DNA from: an uncultured Candidatus Saccharibacteria bacterium
GTDB lineage: Bacteria; Patescibacteriota; Minisyncoccia; Phycocordibacterales; UBA918
Direction: 5' to 3'
Length of the DNA: 64,000 nucleotides
Assembly (NCBI GenBank): GCA_964399295.1
Contig: CAYNQD010000001.1
Span: forward strand, 7,013 to 71,012
The notes beneath the pieces are model-generated. The model ran no database searches and was not told where the DNA came from. It worked only from the letters and a program-made list of their open reading frames with translations. Below are positions 29,601-37,339 of this stretch, piece by piece. How positions within the stretch are numbered: position 1 is the first letter of the stretch; every line of letters starts with the position of its first letter. Position numbers and translations under genes: made by a program.

Positions 29601-29793
29601 TTCTGTGTACCGAGTGCGCCGTGGCGGAAAGGAGGTTATTTCTGATTTGCTTATTAAGGAAACAGAAAAACTAACTGATGAGCAACTCGTGGCTATGATT
29701 GGAGCTTTGACCGGAGCTCTTGATGGCACTTACAATGATGAAGCTTCAGCCGTGAAAATGGCCATTATGAAGGCGGTGAAGGTGGTGGCGTAA
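26662..29793 (+). CDS. Giant surface protein: signal peptide, about 7 Cys-bracketed Ig-like domains, poly-Gly linker, LPxTG-like VPYTG + TM + RRN segment, then a ~270-aa C-terminal domain
   Basis: Signal peptide MKFLKKLTPYFLVLALIVNIF. Repeated ~80-aa modules each beginning (P)TC and ending xC...V. GGGGGGGGSS linker. VPYTG at 28882-28896 is followed by a 22-aa hydrophobic helix and RRN. The C-terminal domain lacks TM segments. Confidence 0.6.
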   Translation: MKFLKKLTPYFLVLALIVNIFNFGSYDPQNELGSLNPGLALATSTFGTSGLETPSLETPKLSADNFGEIEQSSFSSNMSFSGGTTLNLLKQESSNSSSQSSHSYHSDKFVGTCNISANVEQVSFGSDVVISWSTAGFSNVTINGVSVSNSGTKTFYNIEENTTYTLVAKSENGKSNCTSAIVVKCLPKPPVPPAPRTPTCTLTPVTKTIHSGESVDLVWTTTNSSNATLTDFGDVDLNGTKNTDVLTEGKEYTLEVLGFNDDTVTCSSKITVKPKPTPVPTCDLFTVTPNSIVRGNSSELVWKTSNATRVAINNGIGEVEATGKLSVKPLATTEYVMTVFGANNKKATCKQTLTVTEPPVVKVPMCLTFNATPFALPFGGGQSEIKWTTENATKVVISGIGEVTVNGSKTVNISETTTYTLIASDSKKKHSCFVTIDVEPELPPPTPPPTCTLTPATKNITSGESVDLVWTTTNATNAYLTDFDSVELNGTKNTGALTEGKEYTLEVLGMNDEAITCTSKISLSTLPPTPTPISCSANVSLSANPSSITRGNSTTITWSTTNITGLSFDNGINSTSTSGSVTVSPTSNTTYSLTATDGKDTIVCPVPVTVNNPPTTTGGGGGGGGSSAPTCELNISDRKIKRGEDIRLNWDSNRATDLTIIDGTGKVLVTTKNKLSRDKDELFRGAMTLIPTANTTYTMTVERGSQDRVCTASVEIEGSTVVVTQIRDQQPLIASISLVDVPYTGFEAGPILTVLFYTLLMLWALYIAYLWVIRRNPNGDFQLAMPENIVASNIKTVGEVIRPDVFVAKVQVPERNLETIVPANLPVGNPVVGYASQDDTKAQVTANLHSVDDEAATQIENYAHSQHVLLSSDAIRHFVATTNNSEERVMALNQIMAASKAQFPAEDGWIVINEKRMRDLCEVCSVNQISANDVPYIPTVIPEGAGSLAEAIVTGNIVAAYELIGHRPMFALADAAADLDSVYRVRRGGKEVISDLLIKETEKLTDEQLVAMIGALTGALDGTYNDEASAVKMAIMKAVKVVA
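27256..27480 (+). repeat. Intragenic direct repeat copy 1 (Ig-like domain 2) of surface protein
   Basis: About 80% nucleotide and 85% amino-acid identity to 28009-28233 (TCTLTP..SGESVDLVWTTTN...LTEGKEYTLEVLG...TCxSKI). Confidence 0.7.
28009..28233 (+). repeat. Intragenic direct repeat copy 2 (Ig-like domain 5) of surface protein
   Basis: Near-identical to 27256-27480, separated by about 750 bp within the same ORF. Confidence 0.7.
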
Positions 29794-29821
29794 GGCCTTC
29801 GCTCACTCAAATAAATATATG

Positions 29822-29853
29822 AAAAGCCCCGCGCCGTAGGCGCGGGGCTTTTG
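29822..29853. terminator. Bidirectional terminator between convergent surface-protein gene and thrS
   Basis: 10-bp stem gccccgcgcc / ggcgcggggc, loop gtag, A-run upstream and T-run downstream. Confidence 0.7.
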
Positions 29854-29859
29854 TGTTTG

Positions 29860-31602
29860 CTAGAGTTGTTTTGTCTCAATTTCAGTGAGGAGGTGATTAC
29901 CCAGTGCGTGCAAATCAATTTGTTTTGATTCGCCCTTTCTGGTTTCCAGAGTGACGTTTTTGGCTGATACCTCTTTATCACCAAGAACGACAAAGTAAGG
30001 AAGTTTGTTGGTTTTGGCGTTGCGGATTTTCTTTCCGAGGGAGTCGTTGTTGTCATCTAGGGTGACGCGCAGACCAATGGCTTTTAATTCGGTAAAGACT
30101 TGAGTGGCGTATTCCATCTGTGCGTCGCTGACGGGAATGACTCTGATTTGTTCTGGTGCCAGCCAAAGCGGGAAGTCGCCGGCGAAATGTTCGATCATTA
30201 CACCCATAAATCTTTCAAGTGAGCCGGAGATAGCCCTGTGAATGACGATTGGTCGCTCCTTCTCACCTTGTTCATTTGTGAATGTTAAATCAAAGCGTTC
30301 GGGTAGATTGAAGTCGCATTGAATAGTGGCCAATTGCCATTCGCGGCCGATAGCGTCCTTAAACATGAAGTCGAGTTTTGGTCCATAAAAAGCAGCTTCG
30401 CCCTCAACTCGTTTGTAGTTTAGGTTGTTCTTTTTAGCAGCTTCTTCGAGGGCAGCTTCGGATTCTTGCCATACTTCATCGCTACCAAGATACATGTTGT
30501 CGCCACCGCGGACAGAGAGGCTTACCCAATAGTTATCAAGCAGACCCATGGTTTTGTAGAATTCTCGAATGATTCCTACGATCGTAGATACTTCATCAGT
30601 GATTTGTGAGACTCGGCAAAACAAGTGTCCATCATCTTGAGTGATGGCTCGTACTCGAGTAAGGCCGGAGAGTTGGCCGGATTTTTCGTAGCGATAGACG
30701 GTGGCTGGTTCGAAATAACGTACAGGTAAATCGCGGTAAGAGAAATGGTCATCTGCAAAGATTTGCATGTGGTGCGGGCAATTCATTGGCTTTAAAGCAA
30801 AGTCTTCGTCGCCACCCTTTACTCGGAAGAGCTCGTCTCCAAACTTTTCGGCATGACCACTGGTTTCATAAAGTGAGAGGTTTGTAATATGTGGAGTCCA
30901 GACGCGAGAGTATCCTTTATCTTTGTGTAGTTGCCAAAGGTAGTTTTCAATTTCTTGTCTGATAAGCATACCTTTCGGTTTTAGGAGAGGTAACCCCGCT
31001 CCCACTAGAGGCGAGATGGTGAAAAGACCGAGCTCCTTACCCAGCTTGCGATGGTCGCGTTTTTTGGCTTCTTCTATTTGTAGCAAGTAAGCTTCCAATT
31101 CTTCTTTACTATCAAATGCCAGTCCGTAGATACGCGTCAGCATGGGATTTTTTTCGTTGCCGCGCCAATATGCGCCGGCGATGCGGTCGAGCTTGAAAGC
31201 CTCAATGTCGAGGTCGTTTTTAGGATTGGCGACGTGTCCGCCACGACAAAGATCAGTAAAGCCGCCACAGGTATAGAGGGTGATGGTTTCGCCGCGGGTT
31301 TCTATCTCGTCTATTAGTTCTAGCTTGAATTGATTGCCGGCAAAAATTTCACGGGCTTTCGCGGCGGGCACTTCCTCGTGAGTAAATTCTGTCCATTTGT
31401 TGAGCTGTTTTTTCATCAGCTTTTGCAAATCTTTTAGGTCGCCGTCACCGGGCGCTGTGCCGAGGGAGAAGTCGATATCATAATAAAAACCATTGTCGAT
31501 GGCTGGGCCTAAGGTTAGTTTGGCGTGCGGGTATTTTTCCAAAACCGCCGCCGCCAACAGGTGGGCGAGGGTATGACGTTTGTATTCTAGTTGTTGATTC
31601 AT
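29860..31602 (-). CDS. thrS: Threonine--tRNA ligase lacking the N-terminal TGS domain
   Basis: The first ATG at 31602 gives MNQQLEYKRHTLAHLLAAAVLEKYPHAKLTLGPAIDNGFYYDIDF, which aligns to the N2/editing-domain region of bacterial ThrS (RHSAAHLLAQAI...GFYYDFD). Class II motifs and the C-terminal anticodon-binding domain are present. The ORF-track start at 31647 is GTG and lies inside a leader hairpin. Confidence 0.88.
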   Translation of the reverse strand: MNQQLEYKRHTLAHLLAAAVLEKYPHAKLTLGPAIDNGFYYDIDFSLGTAPGDGDLKDLQKLMKKQLNKWTEFTHEEVPAAKAREIFAGNQFKLELIDEIETRGETITLYTCGGFTDLCRGGHVANPKNDLDIEAFKLDRIAGAYWRGNEKNPMLTRIYGLAFDSKEELEAYLLQIEEAKKRDHRKLGKELGLFTISPLVGAGLPLLKPKGMLIRQEIENYLWQLHKDKGYSRVWTPHITNLSLYETSGHAEKFGDELFRVKGGDEDFALKPMNCPHHMQIFADDHFSYRDLPVRYFEPATVYRYEKSGQLSGLTRVRAITQDDGHLFCRVSQITDEVSTIVGIIREFYKTMGLLDNYWVSLSVRGGDNMYLGSDEVWQESEAALEEAAKKNNLNYKRVEGEAAFYGPKLDFMFKDAIGREWQLATIQCDFNLPERFDLTFTNEQGEKERPIVIHRAISGSLERFMGVMIEHFAGDFPLWLAPEQIRVIPVSDAQMEYATQVFTELKAIGLRVTLDDNNDSLGKKIRNAKTNKLPYFVVLGDKEVSAKNVTLETRKGESKQIDLHALGNHLLTEIETKQL

Positions 31603-31615
31603 AATTTCGTACTTT

Positions 31616-31706
31616 AGAGAAAACAAATTAATTATTTCATTTCTCACTTAGGCTTCGGCTACGCCTGCAGAATCGTTCAAAACGCAATAATTAATTTGTT
31701 TTCTCT
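31616..31706 (-). promoter_or_regulatory. thrS 5' leader: 21-bp perfect inverted repeat (arms 31616-31636 and 31686-31706) enclosing a 49-nt loop, ending 13 nt upstream of the ATG
   Basis: agagaaaacaaattaattatt is the exact reverse complement of aataattaatttgttttctct. Candidate translational operator or attenuator for thrS. Confidence 0.45.
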
Positions 31707-31765
31707 ATCCTAACTCTAGGCAAGGAAATGGTCAACTCAAATCTCGTTTTTCTGTATATTTATGA

Positions 31766-31795
31766 AATAAAAAGCAGTCCAAATTGGACTGCTTT
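31766..31795 (-). terminator. Rho-independent terminator after the 31830-32519 gene (minus strand)
   Basis: 8-bp stem gcagtcca / tggactgc followed on the minus strand by UUUUU. Confidence 0.55.
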
Positions 31796-31829
31796 AGTGT
31801 GTGGTGCAAAAATTAGTATGTAGGTGTAT

Positions 31830-32519
31830 CTAAAGTCTGTAAACACGCCTACTCTCGTCAATTGAAACTTCAAATTGGAAATCGACAATTAGAAGTTCCG
31901 GATAACCTTCTCCTAATGCGGCAACTAAAATTGATACCACATCGTTATAATTACCGTATTTAATTATTCTTCCCATATCTTTCTCTAAAAGTGACCGCAG
32001 TTCATTCTGAAGATGTTGTCTCAAGGGATCTTTCGCCACTTCCCTGTAAGCAGCTTCAGCATTCCTTACTTTTGTATGAACACTATATCGAATAGTGGCC
32101 ATACGATCTTCTTCGGTCAAAAATTCCCATTTGGTACTAAAAGAATATTCTTTTGGTACGTAGATAGGAACTTCTAAAGGACTCTTCCAAATAAACTCTT
32201 GGAACGTTGTCTTGTCTCCAGCTACAGCTACAGCTACATAATAGTCAGTTTGCGGAACAAAGGAATATAGCAAGATAGTGGTCACGCCAAACAGCGTGTA
32301 TATGCGTCTAGCTATTACCAAACAAGAGTCATGCACAAAATTTATTATAAGACCAATGACTATTGCCGAGGCTATTGTCAAAAGATTTATAAACAGTGCA
32401 GGTGCAAGCCAATAGGCTTTTATTTGGGAAGGACTATGACTGTGGATAAACAACAACCACAACCAAAAAACGAACAACAATATAGCAAAAAATGTTTTTG
32501 CCTGTTTAATCTTAAGCAT
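31830..32519 (-). CDS. Hypothetical membrane protein (3 N-terminal TM helices plus soluble C-terminal domain)
   Basis: Hydrophobic N-terminal third. No recognisable motif. Sits between dnaE and thrS. Confidence 0.35.
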   Translation of the reverse strand: MLKIKQAKTFFAILLFVFWLWLLFIHSHSPSQIKAYWLAPALFINLLTIASAIVIGLIINFVHDSCLVIARRIYTLFGVTTILLYSFVPQTDYYVAVAVAGDKTTFQEFIWKSPLEVPIYVPKEYSFSTKWEFLTEEDRMATIRYSVHTKVRNAEAAYREVAKDPLRQHLQNELRSLLEKDMGRIIKYGNYNDVVSILVAALGEGYPELLIVDFQFEVSIDESRRVYRL

Positions 32520-32596
32520 GGACTTCTCCTTTCTTGAGTTTAAAAAACACTACTTACGCAAGAATACTAAAATTACCCTTTTTGTCAAAAAGAAAT

Positions 32597-35500
32597 TTAG
32601 ATATTTTCAGCTGGCGGCGAGACCGTGCCTGCGAGCGATTTGGCGCGGTCGAGGGCGATGCTGGGTTCTTCATTTCGAATCGTCAATTTGCCTTTGACTG
32701 CGATGCAGTTGTTTGGCACTAAGGTGGCTCTTAGTTCGGTGTAGGTTTTGGGGAAGGCAACCATCTCTATTTGGTCGGTGTGGTTTTCCAGCACGACAAA
32801 AGCCATGCGATCGCCTTTTTTGGTCAACATCTCTCTAACGCTGCTAATCATGCCGGCTGTCACCACCGGAATACCATTGCGGTTGTCCTGCTTAATGCTA
32901 CTTATGGAAGGTCTTTTTTCCAGTTCAGTTTGGTATTCATCAAGCGGATGTCCAGACACATAAACCCCCAGTAGCTCTTTTTCCCAGTTGAGTTTTTGAA
33001 TGGTGGGCATGGGGTCGGTGGTCGCTAAATTGAGAGTGGTGATATTACTTTGACTCATTAGATTAAACAGCGATTCTTGCGCCGATTCTTTTTCGGCCAT
33101 TTGTTCTTTATTGAAAGTCAGCATTAGCTCGACGTTGGCGTACATTTCACCGCGTTCGCCAAAACGGTCGAGAGCACCTGTCAGAATTAGCGCTTCCAGG
33201 GATTTTTTGTTTAAACTTCGATTGTGAACACGAGACAGGAAATCGCTCAGGGAAGTGAATGGGCCGTTACTTTTTCTCTCTGCAATGATGGCATCAGCGA
33301 TGCCTTCACCAAAATTTTTGATGGTGGTTAGTCCAAAACGAATAGTTTTTTTGCCGGGGACGACTGTGAAATCGGAAAATGATTCATTGATATCCGGCGG
33401 CAAAACCTCCACTTCCATTCGTTCACATTCACGAATAATTTCCGCGATTTTTTCAGTGTCGCCAGAGTCGGCAGTGAGTACCGCGGACATATATTCAACG
33501 GGGAAGTTGGCTTTCATGTAGGCGGTTTGGTAAGCTACTCGTCCATAGCTGGCGGCGTGTGCCTTATTAAATCCGTAAGCGGCGAACGGCTCTATCAAGC
33601 TCCACAGCTTATTGGCGATAGCTTCCGATAATTTTCCATAATTAACAAAACCGGTCAAAAGCTTGTCCTTCTCTGCGGCCATCACTTCAGGAATTTTCTT
33701 ACCCATCGCTTTACGCAGCATGTCAGCCTCCAGCCAGCTATAGCCGGCCAGTTCGCGAGCAATCGCCATAACATCGTCTTGATAGGTAATCACGCCATAA
33801 GAACGATCAATGATCGGTTTGAGCCGGGGATCAAGATAGGTCACTAATCCAGGATTGTGTTTGCGCTCAATATATTGTGGGATGGATTCCATCGGGCCAG
33901 GGCGGTAGAGGGCGACCATGGCGTTGATATCGTGAATAGTGGTGGGACGGAGCTGTTTAAGAAAAGCGGTCATGCCGGAGCCGTTGAGCTGAAAGAGTCC
34001 CATAGTCTCGCCTTTGGCAAGGATGTTAAAAGTCTTTTCGTCAGCAATCGGAACGTTTTCAATATCAACCTCAGTACCATGAATCTTTTTCACTCGCTTC
34101 ACCGCGTCAGCCAAAATCGCGAGATTTTTAATGCCCAAAAAGTCAAACTTTAAAAGTCCGACACCGTCCTCGCCGACGCTTTTCATTTCGTATTGAGTGA
34201 TATATTTACCGGTTTTGGGGTCGGGTTGAATGGGGACGAACTGATTTAACGGTTTTGGTGCGATCACGACTCCGGCCGCGTGTACGCCGAGATGCCTCAC
34301 TCGACCTTCAATCTGTTTGGCTAGGTCAATCACCTCGCGCGCTTCGCTGTCTTTTTTGTACAGTTCGGCCAAGTCCGGCTCGATTTCCAGCGCTTTTTTA
34401 ATGGTCATGGGAAAACCCTGGCTACCCATGGGAATGAGTTTGGCGATACGATCGCCCACGGAGTAGGGGTGGCCAAGCGCCCGCGCCACGTCGCGCACCG
34501 CCGCGCGCGCCATCATAGTTCCAAAGGTACCGATTTGAGCTACTTTGTCGCTGCCGTATTTGGTTTTGGCGTATTCAATAATTTCGTCGCGACGATTATC
34601 AGCAAAGTCCATATCGATATCCGGTGCGGACGGACGCTCTGGATTTAGGAAGCGTTCAAATGGTAATTTGTATTCAAGCGGGTCTACATTGGTAATTCCC
34701 AGCACGTAAGTGGTGAGAGAGCCGGCGACCGAACCGCGAATGGTGGTAAGGATTCCACGTTCACGCGCTTCACGCAACAAGTCTCCCACCACCAGGAAAT
34801 ACTTAGCGTAACCTTTATTTTTTATGACTTCCAATTCGTAGTCCAAGCGAGCTTTTACCACCGTGTCTTCCAGAGACATATTTCTCCATTTTACGCCAGC
34901 GTATGAAGTTTCTTGTAGTTCGGCGTCTGGCTCGCGGCCGCTTTTGATTTGATAATCAGGAAAATACCAGTGCGTACCAATTTCAATTTCAACATTGCAG
35001 GCGTTGGCGATTTTTATGGTGTTGGCGACAGCTTCTGGAGTGTTTTTAAAATAGTTTACGGCTTTTTCTTGAGTGATAAAAGAAAAGTTCTCCTCGCTTC
35101 CGTGGTCGCTGGTAGTATCGACTACGCCGCCATTTTGGATTTTGACCATCGTTTCTCTGGCGATACGGTCTTCAGGCTTCAAATAATAAACATCATGCGC
35201 GGCCAAGAGCGGGACATTGGCTTTTTTAGCCAAGGCGATAATTTTTTTCTGATTTTTTTCATGGTCTAATATTTCAGGATGGTGGGTAATTTCCAAATAG
35301 CAATCATCACCAAATAAATGTTTATAAAAATCCAGTCTTTGGCCGGCCTTCTCATCATTTTCTTCTTTGAGGGCTTTGGCTACTTCACCGGCAAAGGAGG
35401 GAATGACGCAGATTAAATCTTGGTGGTATTTTGTCAGCAGTTCTTCATCGAGACGCGGTTTGTAATAAAAACCTTCGGTATTGGAGAGAGTTACCAGTTG

Positions 35501-35827
35501 GATCAGATTTTGATAACCGATAAAAGTTTTGGCTAATAGTACCAAGCGTGCTCGCGGCTTGTCTATCTGCGCGTCTTTGTCGTGGCGGGTGCGGGGAGCG
35601 AGAAAAGCATCTAAGCCAATGATAGGCTTGATGCCTTCTTTGGTGCAGGCTTTATAAAAATCTATCGCTCCATACAAAGCGCCGTTATCAGTGATGGCCA
35701 AAGCCTCCTGTCCGTCGGCTTTGGCCGCCGCCGCTAATTCTTTTGGAGTCGGGAGAGCATTGAGAAGGGAATAATGAGAATGAACGTGCAGGTGAACGAA
35801 ATCAGAAGTAATTAATTTTTCGGACAT
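32597..35827 (-). CDS. dnaE: DNA polymerase III alpha subunit
   Basis: N-terminal PHP domain (FVHLHVHSHYSLLNA). Polymerase core, OB-fold C-terminus. I prefer the start at 35827 (MSEKLITSDFVHLHVHS); the ORF-track ATG at 35848 is also possible. Confidence 0.92.
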   Translation of the reverse strand: MSEKLITSDFVHLHVHSHYSLLNALPTPKELAAAAKADGQEALAITDNGALYGAIDFYKACTKEGIKPIIGLDAFLAPRTRHDKDAQIDKPRARLVLLAKTFIGYQNLIQLVTLSNTEGFYYKPRLDEELLTKYHQDLICVIPSFAGEVAKALKEENDEKAGQRLDFYKHLFGDDCYLEITHHPEILDHEKNQKKIIALAKKANVPLLAAHDVYYLKPEDRIARETMVKIQNGGVVDTTSDHGSEENFSFITQEKAVNYFKNTPEAVANTIKIANACNVEIEIGTHWYFPDYQIKSGREPDAELQETSYAGVKWRNMSLEDTVVKARLDYELEVIKNKGYAKYFLVVGDLLREARERGILTTIRGSVAGSLTTYVLGITNVDPLEYKLPFERFLNPERPSAPDIDMDFADNRRDEIIEYAKTKYGSDKVAQIGTFGTMMARAAVRDVARALGHPYSVGDRIAKLIPMGSQGFPMTIKKALEIEPDLAELYKKDSEAREVIDLAKQIEGRVRHLGVHAAGVVIAPKPLNQFVPIQPDPKTGKYITQYEMKSVGEDGVGLLKFDFLGIKNLAILADAVKRVKKIHGTEVDIENVPIADEKTFNILAKGETMGLFQLNGSGMTAFLKQLRPTTIHDINAMVALYRPGPMESIPQYIERKHNPGLVTYLDPRLKPIIDRSYGVITYQDDVMAIARELAGYSWLEADMLRKAMGKKIPEVMAAEKDKLLTGFVNYGKLSEAIANKLWSLIEPFAAYGFNKAHAASYGRVAYQTAYMKANFPVEYMSAVLTADSGDTEKIAEIIRECERMEVEVLPPDINESFSDFTVVPGKKTIRFGLTTIKNFGEGIADAIIAERKSNGPFTSLSDFLSRVHNRSLNKKSLEALILTGALDRFGERGEMYANVELMLTFNKEQMAEKESAQESLFNLMSQSNITTLNLATTDPMPTIQKLNWEKELLGVYVSGHPLDEYQTELEKRPSISSIKQDNRNGIPVVTAGMISSVREMLTKKGDRMAFVVLENHTDQIEMVAFPKTYTELRATLVPNNCIAVKGKLTIRNEEPSIALDRAKSLAGTVSPPAENI

Positions 35828-35914
35828 GATTATTGGACAGTATAGCATTTATCGGTAGTCTCACCAAAGTCTTCAGCAGCGTTTTTTATATGCTACGATA
35901 TAAAAAAATTTCTT

Positions 35915-36556
35915 ATGCATGAATGGATAATTGGAGTGGATGAGGTTGGCCGCGGGCCTTTGGCGGGGCCGGTGGGTGTGGGGGTCGTCTTGGTGTCGGC
36001 GGATTTTGACTGGGATTTGCTTAAGGGGGTGGGTGATAGCAAGCGGGTGAAGCCGGAAAATCGCGAAGCGATTTTCCGGCTTACCAAAGCTCTAAAGAAA
36101 AAACACCAGCTTGATTACGCGGTGGTCATGGTCAAAGCCGCGGTGATTGATGATATAGGAATTGTGCCAGCAATTAGCCAGGCGACGGCTAAAGCTTTGA
36201 AAAAAGTCACCGCCGCTTTATCTGCAATTGATTTTGAGAAGATGATAGTTAGGCTGGATGGGGGATTAAAAGCCCCGACAATTTATAAAAATCAGGAGAC
36301 AATTATAAAAGGAGATGATAAAGAGTTGATTATCGGGCTAGCTTCAATCGTGGCAAAAGTGACGAGGGATGAATACATGAAAAAAATATCATCGAAAGCA
36401 GAATTTTTGCCTTATGACTTTGGGAAGCATAAAGGTTATGGTACCAAAAAACACCGCCAAGCAATTGCCAAGCATGGCTTGTCGTCAGAACATAGGCAAA
36501 GTTTTTGTAGAAATATCAGTTTTGACCACATTCAGTTGCAATCTCCGCCAAAATAG
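35915..36556 (+). CDS. rnhB: Ribonuclease HII
   Basis: N-terminal IIGVDEVGRGPLAGPV (the DEVGRG catalytic motif). Confidence 0.88.
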   Translation: MHEWIIGVDEVGRGPLAGPVGVGVVLVSADFDWDLLKGVGDSKRVKPENREAIFRLTKALKKKHQLDYAVVMVKAAVIDDIGIVPAISQATAKALKKVTAALSAIDFEKMIVRLDGGLKAPTIYKNQETIIKGDDKELIIGLASIVAKVTRDEYMKKISSKAEFLPYDFGKHKGYGTKKHRQAIAKHGLSSEHRQSFCRNISFDHIQLQSPPK

Positions 36557-36581
36557 CCTTAAAATCAACAAGTTTTTGCCC

Positions 36582-36609
36582 TTGACAAATATTTTAAATC
36601 TGCTATACT
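36582..36609 (+). promoter_or_regulatory. Strong sigma-70-type promoter (TTGACA-16-TATACT) in the rnhB-rpmF intergenic region
   Basis: Perfect -35 TTGACA at 36582-36587 and near-consensus -10 TATACT at 36604-36609. No protein-coding ORF follows for about 350 nt. Confidence 0.55.
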
Positions 36610-36615
36610 AGAGAA

Positions 36616-36920
36616 AGTTCATTCGAATTTTATACGAGATTGGCAGAGTTAGTTTATTGAGATGTGATTTTGTCCATTGGATAATTTCTTTCCTCCAGTT
36701 TTATGAAAACGGCGACCGACTGTGAGCGGACTGTGCATAAAATAACGAAACCATTCTTGTTTTCACCAGCTGTTGCTCGGCTTTGCGACAAAAAACTTGT
36801 CTACTGATAAAGGAATCAGTAAGACTTTGTCAAAAATACCTTGACGCACGCTGGTGAGCGAAAAGCGCTAACGACATCTTAATTAACTTTGAGATTTGGT
36901 CGTTAGCGCTTTTATTATTT
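36616..36920 (+). ncRNA. Candidate ~300-nt non-coding transcript or long regulatory leader ending in a strong intrinsic terminator/attenuator just upstream of rpmF
   Basis: Bounded by the promoter above and a 15-bp perfect stem (aaaagcgctaacgac / gtcgttagcgctttt, 36861-36913, extendable to about 19 bp with a bulge) followed by a UUUUAUUAUUU tract. Only a 35-codon ORF lies inside. No RNase P, tmRNA or SRP motifs were found by eye. Confidence 0.35.
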
Positions 36921-36964
36921 CAGGCGGTTGCTTTTTTACAAGGATTTGCTATAGTTTCGCCATT

Positions 36965-37237
36965 ATGGTAATTCGAATGCGACACACGCGGTCACATACC
37001 GCCAACCGCCGCTCTCATCACGGGCTGGAAGCTCCTGATTTGGCAGTGTGTAAAAATTGTGGGGCTTTACACCGGCCGCATCACATGTGTCTGGACTGTG
37101 GTTTTTACAAAGGGCGAGTAGTGATTGATTTAGCAGCTAAAAAGAAAGACAGAGAAGAGCGTTTGCGGGTTAAGCGTGAAGCTAGGAAAGGTGATAATAC
37201 TGAGGAATCAGCTCCCGCCAAGCCAGCTACAGTTTAA
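36965..37237 (+). CDS. rpmF: 50S ribosomal protein L32 with Lys/Arg/Glu-rich C-terminal extension
   Basis: MVIRMRHTRSHTANRRSHHGLEAPDLAVCKNCGALHRPHHMCLDCGFYKGRVV matches the L32 core (RRSH...HH...CG.Y.GR.V). The ORF-track start at 36896 adds an improbable hydrophobic leader. Confidence 0.8.
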   Translation: MVIRMRHTRSHTANRRSHHGLEAPDLAVCKNCGALHRPHHMCLDCGFYKGRVVIDLAAKKKDREERLRVKREARKGDNTEESAPAKPATV

Positions 37238-37243
37238 AGAATA

Positions 37244-37271
37244 GGCCCCATTTGGGGTTTATTTTTTTGTG
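37244..37271 (+). terminator. Weak Rho-independent terminator after rpmF
   Basis: Stem cccca / tgggg followed by TTTATTTTTTT. Confidence 0.45.
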
Positions 37272-37339
37272 GATTTTGTCCGCAGGCTTGGTTTTGACGT
37301 GGTATACTTTCTGGTAGTAATAGTTTTAGTACATTTTTT

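Noticed and set aside
26662-29793. CRISPR array suspected from repeated ~230-bp units
   Set aside because: The repeats are long, imperfect and in-frame coding Ig-domain duplications. There are no short regular spacers and no cas genes. Nothing CRISPR-like exists in the window.
36616-36920. RNase P RNA, tmRNA or SRP RNA in the rnhB-rpmF gap
   Set aside because: I could not find the conserved GGAAAGUCCGG / AGGGUGAAA RNase P blocks, a tmRNA tag reading frame with 5'-GGGG and 3'-CCA, or the SRP domain IV consensus. It is kept only as a generic candidate ncRNA or leader.
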